A stretch of DNA of 64,000 bases from an uncultured Gemmatimonadales bacterium. GTDB lineage: Bacteria > Gemmatimonadota > Gemmatimonadetes > Longimicrobiales > Gaopeijiaceae. A program made the position numbers and the translations under genes. Shown here in pieces: positions 57,142 to 64,000 of this stretch; position 1 is the first letter of the stretch; each line of letters begins with the position of its first letter. Below the pieces are notes generated by a model. That model saw only the letters and a list, made by a program, of their open reading frames with translations, did not search any database and was not told the origin of the DNA. Where the stretch lies: assembly GCA_963809895.1 (NCBI GenBank), contig CAWELD010000004.1:64001-128000 (forward strand), given 5' to 3'.

Positions 57142-57720
57142 ATGGGAGCCGCATTGCAACCGGAGGTCGAGAAAGAGTTGATCCGCAAGTGCCAAGCTGG
57201 AGACGCGCGGTTCTACGAACCACTGGTGCGGGCCTACGAAGGTCCCGGCATCCGCGTGGCCACCGGCATGATGGGCAATCCCGACGACGCCCGGGATGCC
57301 CTCCAGGAGGCCTTCGTGAAGGCCTTTCGGAACTTGCGGAAATTCGACCTCCGACGACCGTTCGGGCCCTGGTTCTTCCAGATCCTGAGGAACCAGTGCC
57401 GCGACATGCTGCGCAGCCGACAGGCGCGATTCAAGGTGGAGACCGTAGACGAGCACCTGGCCCTGAGGCCCGCCGACCCCGCGAAGAGCCCCGAGCGTGC
57501 GCGGCAACGCGCGGCGGCGAAGGAGCTTCTCTGGCGCGGCCTGGAGCGCATCGGCGCCGAGCACCGCGAGGTGCTGGTCCTCAAGGAGCTCCAGGGTTTG
57601 AGATACAATGAGATCGCGGAGGTTCTCGACATCCCCGAGGGCACCGTGGCCAGCCGCCTCTTTCACGCCCGCCGGGCGCTGAAGGAGGCTCTCGAGGAGC
57701 TGGGCGTCGAGCACGCCTGA
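57142..57720 (+). CDS. ECF sigma-70 factor
   Basis: DARDALQEAFVKAF, PWFFQILRN, YNEIAEVLDIPEGTVASRLFHAR. Confidence 0.92.
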   Translation: MGAALQPEVEKELIRKCQAGDARFYEPLVRAYEGPGIRVATGMMGNPDDARDALQEAFVKAFRNLRKFDLRRPFGPWFFQILRNQCRDMLRSRQARFKVETVDEHLALRPADPAKSPERARQRAAAKELLWRGLERIGAEHREVLVLKELQGLRYNEIAEVLDIPEGTVASRLFHARRALKEALEELGVEHA

Positions 57721-57730
57721 GGAGACGTTC

Positions 57731-58153
57731 GTGCATCGCAGCGTGAGCAACGAAGACCTGATGCGCCTCCTGGACGACGAGTTGTCGCAGGAGGCCAGGG
57801 AGCGGGTGGAGCGGGAGCTGGCTCGCTCCACCGAGCTCCAGCGCGAGCTCGCCATCTACCGGGACATGCAGGCGGGATTCCGGGAACTGAGCTTCGCGGT
57901 CCGCCCCGACCAGTCGGTATGGGACACGGTGGATCGACGCCTGACCCGGCCCGTGGGCTGGATTCTCTTCGTGACGGGATCGGTCCTGTGGCTCCTCTAC
58001 AGCGGGTGGGTGTTCGCCACCTCCACCGTGGACCCCTGGGAGAAGATCGCCGTGACGGGGGTGGCCCTCGGCTTCCTCATCCTCCTCGGAAGCACCATTT
58101 TCGAGCGCCTACGGGAATGGCGAACGGACCCCTATCGGGACATTCAACGATGA
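57731..58153 (+). CDS. Putative membrane-anchored anti-sigma factor (two TMs)
   Basis: LMRLLDDELS anti-sigma-like N-terminus lacking HxxxCxxC; two TMs; TDPYRDIQR C-terminus. Confidence 0.7.
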   Translation: MHRSVSNEDLMRLLDDELSQEARERVERELARSTELQRELAIYRDMQAGFRELSFAVRPDQSVWDTVDRRLTRPVGWILFVTGSVLWLLYSGWVFATSTVDPWEKIAVTGVALGFLILLGSTIFERLREWRTDPYRDIQR

Positions 58154-58470
58154 TCGTGGTGACGACGCCGGACATCCCCGGCCGTCAGATCGACCGTGTG
58201 CTCGGCCTCGTGCGCGGCAACACCATCCGCGGACGTCATGTGGGCCGTGACATCCAGGCGGTGTTCCGCAACATCGCCGGGGGCGAGATCCGCGAGTACA
58301 CCAAGATGATGGCCGAAGCCAGGGAGCAGGCCATCGACCGCATGGTCGAAGAGGCCGAAGCGCTGGGCGCCGACGCGGTCATCGCCGTGCGCTTCCAGAC
58401 GTGCGAGGTGATGAAGGGTGCCGCCGAGATGCTCTGTTACGGCACGGCGGTGACCCTCTCCCAGGGGTAG
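58150..58470 (+). CDS. YbjQ/UPF0145 family protein
   Basis: IVVTTPDIPG...GLVRG...GGEIREY...AREQAIDRM...LGADAV...YGTAV. Confidence 0.92.
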   Translation: MIVVTTPDIPGRQIDRVLGLVRGNTIRGRHVGRDIQAVFRNIAGGEIREYTKMMAEAREQAIDRMVEEAEALGADAVIAVRFQTCEVMKGAAEMLCYGTAVTLSQG

Positions 58471-58677
58471 CTCTCCCACCCACCCCACCTCCGACGGCGG
58501 GCCCTCACCCAGCGGCCCCACTCCGACGTGGTCTGCCCCCGCATCACGCGACTCGACTCGATCCCGACTCCCGAGGGTCAGCCGAGGGCCCCTCACGCGT
58601 ATGCTTGAACCGGGCGTGCCGCGCCGCGCCCCCGCGTTCCGCCAGAGCCGAACCGTGGACCTTCCGACGGGAGCTTC

Positions 58678-59865
58678 ATGAGCGCCTCATCCGCACTGAC
58701 ATCGCCATCGGCCGACCAGCTCGCGGAGCCCCGCTGGCCGCGCCCGGCCGCGCCGGCCGATGCATCGCCAACGGCAGCGCATACGGGCTCGGATCGCCGT
58801 CACCGCATGATCCTGATCGCGGCCCTGCCACTCGTACTGGGTGCGGCGCTGGTCGCGCAGTCAGCGGCGATGGGCCGCGCAGGAAACCCCGATCCCGTCC
58901 CGCTCCGTTACCTGCCCGGGCTCTTCTTTCCCTGGTTGTTGTACGGGCTCCTCGCGCCAGCGGTCTATCTGTTGGTCGAGCGCGTACCCTTGGCGGGCCC
59001 GGGATGGACCCGTCGTGTTCCGGTCCACGCGGTCGCCGCACTGGGCTTCGCCATGATCCACCAAGCCCTGGGCACGACGCTGCACCTAATGGTCTATCGC
59101 CCGCCGGACCTGAGCTGGCTTTCGTTCTACCGAAACAACCTCGGGGGATACCTGGTCTCCGAGGTCGTGCAGTACGTCTTCCTGGCCGGCACCTGCCATG
59201 CCCTCTTGTTCCGGGCGGATATCCGCGACCGGGAGCGGGCGCGCCTCCAACTGGAAGCGCGACTGGCCGAAGCCCGGTTGCAGGCGCTCTCCCGCCAGGT
59301 CAGTCCCCACTTTCTGTTGAATGCCCTCAACACCGTGGCGGCGCTCGCTCGTCGCGGCGATGCAGATGCAGTGTGCGAAGTGGTGAGCGACCTAGGTGAC
59401 CTGCTCCGTTTCACGCTGTCGGACGCCCACGGCCCACTGGTGCCCGTGTGGCGCGAGATCGAGGGCCTGGAGCGGTACGTCGCAATCCAGCGAGCCCGGT
59501 TCGGAGAGCGGCTCACGGTGCACATCGCCGTGGCTGCGGACGTGAGAGACGCGGCCGTACCCACCATGGTGTTGCAGCCCCTGGTGGAGAACGCCGTGAA
59601 GCACGGCCTTGCGCGCCACCGCGATGCGCTCACGGTCTCTGTCCGGCTGCGAACCGCCGACTCCACCGTGGAGCTGACCGTGGTGGACGATGGCCCGGGC
59701 TTTCCGACGCCACCGGACGGGCTGGAGTTGGGCGTCGGCCTGGAGAACCTCCAGGGCCGGCTGCAGGCGCTGTTCGGTGCCGAGAGCACTCTGGATCTGG
59801 GAAGGTCCGAGGCTGGCGGAGCCCGGGTTTGTGTCCGCTTTCCCTTCGCTGCGGCCGTGGCATGA
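58678..59865 (+). CDS. LytS-type sensor histidine kinase
   Basis: TM N-terminus; QVSPHFLLNALN, RFGERL, LQPLVENAVKHG, GVGLEN. Confidence 0.92.
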   Translation: MSASSALTSPSADQLAEPRWPRPAAPADASPTAAHTGSDRRHRMILIAALPLVLGAALVAQSAAMGRAGNPDPVPLRYLPGLFFPWLLYGLLAPAVYLLVERVPLAGPGWTRRVPVHAVAALGFAMIHQALGTTLHLMVYRPPDLSWLSFYRNNLGGYLVSEVVQYVFLAGTCHALLFRADIRDRERARLQLEARLAEARLQALSRQVSPHFLLNALNTVAALARRGDADAVCEVVSDLGDLLRFTLSDAHGPLVPVWREIEGLERYVAIQRARFGERLTVHIAVAADVRDAAVPTMVLQPLVENAVKHGLARHRDALTVSVRLRTADSTVELTVVDDGPGFPTPPDGLELGVGLENLQGRLQALFGAESTLDLGRSEAGGARVCVRFPFAAAVA

Positions 59866-60626
59866 ACCGTGTCGTGACGGCCGTCCTCGTGGACGATGAG
59901 CCCATGGGGCGAGAGTTCCTCACCCACGAGCTGGCACGTATCGGGGGTGTGGAGGTCACGGGCGCCGCCGCCGATGGCGCGACCGCGGTCGACGTGATCC
60001 GGCGGCTACGGCCCGACGTGGTATTCCTGGATATCGAGATGCCAGAGCTATCAGGAATCGGCGTGATCCGGGCCCTGGAAGACCGGCCGCTCGTCGTCTT
60101 CGTCACGGCGCACGACCGGTTCGCGGTGGAGGCGTACGAGCTGGATGTCCTGGATTATCTCACCAAGCCCATCCGGCGCGGCCGTCTGGAAGAAACCCTG
60201 CGGCGGATCCGAAAAGAACTGCGGCGACGCGCATCCGACGAGATATCACCTGCTCAGGAGACGCCGGACCGCAGGACAGACGCCATCGTGGACGAGAGCG
60301 GCAGGATCACGCGCTTCGTGTCCCGCAGCGGCGCGCGCATCCGTCTGGTCCGAGCCGACGCCGTGCACTGGGCATCCGCTGCCGGGAACTACGTGGAACT
60401 GCACACCGGTGACGAGACCCACCTCGTGCGCATGACGCTCAGCGAGTTGCAGGAGGGCCTCGACTCGGCGCGGTTCCAACGCATTCACCGCTCTCATCTC
60501 GTCAACCTCGACCGGATCGCGGAGATCCGCTCGGACGGCCACGGAGCGTGGGATGTCGAACTCCTGGGAGGCCGGATCCTCCGCCTCACGCCCACCTTCC
60601 GTGACCGTCTGCTCGGGGGACCCTGA
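59862..60626 (+). CDS. LytTR-family response regulator
   Basis: LVDDEP, FLDIEMP, DYLTKP, GNYVELH, FQRIHRSHLVN. Confidence 0.94.
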   Translation: MNRVVTAVLVDDEPMGREFLTHELARIGGVEVTGAAADGATAVDVIRRLRPDVVFLDIEMPELSGIGVIRALEDRPLVVFVTAHDRFAVEAYELDVLDYLTKPIRRGRLEETLRRIRKELRRRASDEISPAQETPDRRTDAIVDESGRITRFVSRSGARIRLVRADAVHWASAAGNYVELHTGDETHLVRMTLSELQEGLDSARFQRIHRSHLVNLDRIAEIRSDGHGAWDVELLGGRILRLTPTFRDRLLGGP

Positions 60627-60644
60627 CCCGCGATCCCGAATGGG

Positions 60645-61727
60645 CTACCTGGGTACGTAGCGGAGGTTCATGGCCTCCTTCCAGGTAGCGCCCCCGTCCC
60701 TGGACACCTGCCATGTCTCCAACACGCCCGAGCCCTCGGGCGCCAGGGTGTTCCGGACCTGGAACGATGCTCCATCGGGACCTTGATCCGTGCCCGTCAG
60801 TACCATCCGCTCACCATCCAGGTTTCCGCTGAGCTGCAGATAGCCTCCAGTATTGTCCGCGAGCGTGCGGAACCAACGGTCCTCCGCGAAATCCCAGAAG
60901 AGGAAGCTTCGGCTCCGATACCCGTTCTTGCCGACGAAATCCTGTTGAAGCAGACATCCGTTGAGGTCCGCGCGCACCTCGGCCGTACCGGCCTGCGTCC
61001 CGGGCGCGGCGACGGCGGTCCAGGACCCGAGCCAGAAATCCATCTCACGGAAGCCGGCCAGCACAACCTGGCAAAGGGTGAAGGCGGCGGGATCCGCGCG
61101 GTCGAGCTCCTCTGCCGGCTCGTAGATGCCGTCGAAGAGCACCTGCTGAGCGGCGTCGTCGAAGGATCCGACGATCGTCTGATGGACCGATCCGTCGCCG
61201 ACATCGGTCCAGGTCGAGGTAGCCTCACGGCTCACGATGGCGCCCAGCCCGAAGTGGTAGACCTGCTGAACGCTGGACATCTCCATCTGCCCCGGAGAAG
61301 CCATACCGTCGACACGGTAGTTTCCGAGCAGGTTGTCCTGGTAGACCTGGTGCCATTGCCCGGTGGCGGCCTCGTAGACGCTCATGCTGCGGGCCTCGGC
61401 ACCGCCGGAGTTGATGAAGTCCTCCATGACCACGCAGCCGTCCAGGGCCGTGGTGACCACATCGGTGGCCACCACGTTCCCGTCGCGCAGAACATTCCAG
61501 TTGCCCAGCCAGAAGTCGAAGTCGCGGGTTCCGGGCGCGGGGCAGGGGTGGGGCACGGCGCGCGTGAGCGTTCCCAGGCCGTACACGGACAGGCCCGACG
61601 CCTTCGCGACGGTGGGCGCTGCCGGACCCATGGCGGAATCGGGCGTCGTGCCAGTGTCGACACACGCAGCTCCCGCGAGGAGGACGCAAGCGCAGGTAGT
61701 GGCGAGAATCGGTAGAGAAAGTCGCAT
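60645..61727 (-). CDS. Lipoprotein with a tandemly duplicated beta-rich domain (DUF1579-like)
   Basis: Lipobox GAAC; two copies of C...D-F-W-L-G-x-W...GC...DF...W...DN. Confidence 0.75.
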   Translation of the reverse strand: MRLSLPILATTCACVLLAGAACVDTGTTPDSAMGPAAPTVAKASGLSVYGLGTLTRAVPHPCPAPGTRDFDFWLGNWNVLRDGNVVATDVVTTALDGCVVMEDFINSGGAEARSMSVYEAATGQWHQVYQDNLLGNYRVDGMASPGQMEMSSVQQVYHFGLGAIVSREATSTWTDVGDGSVHQTIVGSFDDAAQQVLFDGIYEPAEELDRADPAAFTLCQVVLAGFREMDFWLGSWTAVAAPGTQAGTAEVRADLNGCLLQQDFVGKNGYRSRSFLFWDFAEDRWFRTLADNTGGYLQLSGNLDGERMVLTGTDQGPDGASFQVRNTLAPEGSGVLETWQVSRDGGATWKEAMNLRYVPR

Positions 61728-61966
61728 GGCGTCGCTCATGATCAGGGAGTGAATGGGAAAGGGACGTTGGAGAGGGTGGGATCGTCGCTCGCCCCGGGAA
61801 ACGGCCGTGGGGCGTCCGTGTGACCAGGACCGTGCCTCGGGGCCGGACGCTGTGGAGCCGCATCCCGCCACGTGGCCCGTCGCCGATGGAGCCTCCTTGC
61901 CTACCAGCGACCACCGGAGGCACCTTGCGTGCCCGGATCCCTCATGTCGCGACGGCCGGGAGCGCC

Positions 61967-62812
61967 ATGCCCACCCTCCTCATCCTGTCCGATGACGACG
62001 CCCGGCGCAGAGCGCACCTGACGGGCAGCCTCGGACGCCGCCACAGACTGGTGGACGCCGTCTCCTGGGCCGGGGTGCCCACCCTCATGGAGCGCGACGA
62101 CATCCACGGCGTGTTGGTGGACGCGTCCATGGCTCGGCGGCTCCCCTTCGGCGAGCTCGCCTGGCTGCGTCGGCAGCACGACGGGGTGGCCACCGTGGTG
62201 CTCGTGGATCCGCGGGGTCGGGAGCTGGAGCTCTTTCGGCTGGGTCGCCTCGGCGTGGACGGCATCGTGCTGGATACGCCCACCAACGGCACCCCGCAGC
62301 ATCTGAGGGAGGCCCTGGAACGGGCGCTGGCGCGCGCGGCGGGGCGCCGGGTGGCGGCCCGCCTGGCCGGCCACGCCCCCTCGCTGCTGGTGGAGGGCGT
62401 GGCCTGGGCCGTCGCCCATGCCCACTCCGATCCGGGTCCGGCGGACCTGGCGCGCTCCACCGCCCGCTCTCTGCGCGCCTTCCGGCGCGAGCTCCGACGC
62501 GCGCAGTTGCCGTCCCCCTCGCGCATTCTGCTGTGGGGCCGTCTCTTGAGGGCCGCCCATCTCCTGGATCGGGACGATCGGGCCGTGGAGCCCGTGGCAC
62601 ACAAGCTGGGCTACTCCACCGCCTCGTCCCTGTCCCGGGCCCTGCGCCGCGAGACGGGCCTTCCACCCTCGGAGATCCGGAATCGCGGAGGCGTGACATG
62701 CGTGCTGGACGCCCTTCTCAAAGGTCCGGACCTGCCGCCGCGGTGGCCCCGGCCGTCGCAGGCCCCGGGAGGCCGGCGGGTTCCCGCGAGAAACGCCCTG
62801 CCGCGCGGATGA
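61967..62812 (+). CDS. AraC-family regulator with a degenerate receiver-like N-terminus
   Basis: PSRILLWGRLLRAAHLL...VAHKLGYSTASSLSRALRRETG. Confidence 0.8.
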   Translation: MPTLLILSDDDARRRAHLTGSLGRRHRLVDAVSWAGVPTLMERDDIHGVLVDASMARRLPFGELAWLRRQHDGVATVVLVDPRGRELELFRLGRLGVDGIVLDTPTNGTPQHLREALERALARAAGRRVAARLAGHAPSLLVEGVAWAVAHAHSDPGPADLARSTARSLRAFRRELRRAQLPSPSRILLWGRLLRAAHLLDRDDRAVEPVAHKLGYSTASSLSRALRRETGLPPSEIRNRGGVTCVLDALLKGPDLPPRWPRPSQAPGGRRVPARNALPRG

Positions 62813-64000
62813 AGGGCATCGGCACCCTCTGGCTCGTGTTCCTGCTGTCGGGGCTGACGAGCGCCTGCGGACCCCGCGTTGCTCCTCCGGCGCCCCCGCC
62901 GGCCTCCATCGACGCCCTTCTCGACCATCCGCCGTTGTCCGCGGTGCACTTCGGGATGCTGGTCTTCGACCCGAGCACCGGCGACACGCTCTACCGGCGC
63001 AATCCCGCGCGACACTTCGCGCCCGCCTCGAATCAGAAGCTCCTGTCCACCTCGGCGGCGATCCTGAGGCTCGGTCCCGACTATCGCTTCGTCACGGAGC
63101 TGCGGGGGCCGGCCTCGGGCTCCGACGCCGACGGCGTGCTCGACGGCGACCTGGTGCTCGCGGGCCACGGCGATCCCACGCTCTCCGATCGTTTCTGGCC
63201 CGACGCCCAGGCACCGTTGCGGGCCCTGGCGGATTCTCTCCTGGCCGCCGGCGTGCGCACGGTCCGGGGGCGCCTCGTGGTGGACGTGTCCCGATGGGAC
63301 TCCGCCACGGTGCGCACCACCTGGATGGTCGACGATCTCCCCTACCGCTACGCCTCCACCGGCGGCGCCTTCGTTCTGGCAGAGGGCGAGACCACGGTCT
63401 TCGTCACGGGAACGACACCGGGTCGGCCGGCCGAGGTCCGCTGGTCACCGCTGGGTGACGACGACTTCGTGCGGAGCGAGGTGCTCACGGTTCCGGCCGG
63501 CGACAGCGCCCGGGTGCGGGTGTCCTATCTGCCCGAGTCGCGCCGCCTGCACCTGGTCGGCGAGGTGGAGGCGGGGGCGGTGGACACCCTGCACCTGGCG
63601 ACGCGGGATCCCGTGGGCCAGTCCTCCCGCGCTCTGCTGCGCGCCCTGGAAGCAGCCGGCATCCGGATCGAGGGGGGACTCCACGTGGCCTGGGACGCCG
63701 ACGAGCCTCTTCAGGGGGGATGCCGGACCGGCGACCATGGAGTCGTGCACGGGCATGCGCCCACTGGCGACGCTCACCTCGCCTCCCCTCATGGAGATCG
63801 TGGCGGCCCTCCTGAAGCCCAGTCAGAACTGGATGACCGAACAGCTGGTGCACCATCTGGGCGAGGTGGAGACGGGTCACGCGTCGTGGCCCGACGGGCT
63901 GGACGTGGTGCGCTCGATGATGCGGGACTCCCTGGGCGTGGACACCCTGGACCTGCATCTCGTGGACGGCTCGGGGCTGTCGGCCTACGACCTGGTCACG
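62809..64000 (+). CDS. dacB: D-Ala-D-Ala carboxypeptidase/endopeptidase (PBP4, S13), partial, frameshifted near 63733
   Basis: Lipobox TSAC; PASNQK (SxxK) and GHGDPTL in one frame; KPSQN (SxN) and DGSGLS in the next frame; runs off the window; absent from the ORF track. Confidence 0.88.
   Translation, partial: MKGIGTLWLVFLLSGLTSACGPRVAPPAPPPASIDALLDHPPLSAVHFGMLVFDPSTGDTLYRRNPARHFAPASNQKLLSTSAAILRLGPDYRFVTELRGPASGSDADGVLDGDLVLAGHGDPTLSDRFWPDAQAPLRALADSLLAAGVRTVRGRLVVDVSRWDSATVRTTWMVDDLPYRYASTGGAFVLAEGETTVFVTGTTPGRPAEVRWSPLGDDDFVRSEVLTVPAGDSARVRVSYLPESRRLHLVGEVEAGAVDTLHLATRDPVGQSSRALLRALEAAGIRIEGGLHVAWDADEPLQGGCRTGDHGVVHGHAPTGDAHLASPHGDRGGPPEAQSELDDRTAGAPSGRGGDGSRVVARRAGRGALDDAGLPGRGHPGPASRGRLGAVGLRPGH

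Noticed and set aside
61780..61870. LytTR direct-repeat binding sites upstream of the duplicated-domain lipoprotein
   Set aside because: Only weak, irregularly spaced CACGG repeats, not distinguishable from background

Overview
A very GC-rich bacterial window of mixed housekeeping and accessory genes. Four orphan duplicated MacB/FtsX-type (ADOP-like) permeases and three PadR regulators suggest Gemmatimonadota or Acidobacteriota; this taxonomy is an inference. Recognisable genes include glgB, two ECF sigma/anti-sigma pairs, an arsR-arsM-acr3 operon, tRNA-Glu(CTC) and tRNA-Val(CAC), a GH29/SSS/GH2 sugar locus, dps, a plant/chlamydia-type fabI, tnaA, polX-ligA, three signalling modules and the 5' part of dacB. 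The best find is a fluoride (crcB-motif) riboswitch at 23249-23299. It has its own sigma70 promoter and an anti-Shine-Dalgarno expression platform, and it controls an uncharacterised soluble 137-aa protein rather than a fluoride exporter, divergent from the arsenic operon. Other finds are a dispersed paired 27-bp palindrome family, a truncated MITE-like element, a GH2 with a degenerate phosphodiesterase-like N-terminus, and several frameshifted or deleted genes the ORF track hides (GNAT, one ADOP permease, dacB, an SRPBCC remnant). No CRISPR array, transposase or integrase was found. All family assignments come from motif recognition, not database searches.
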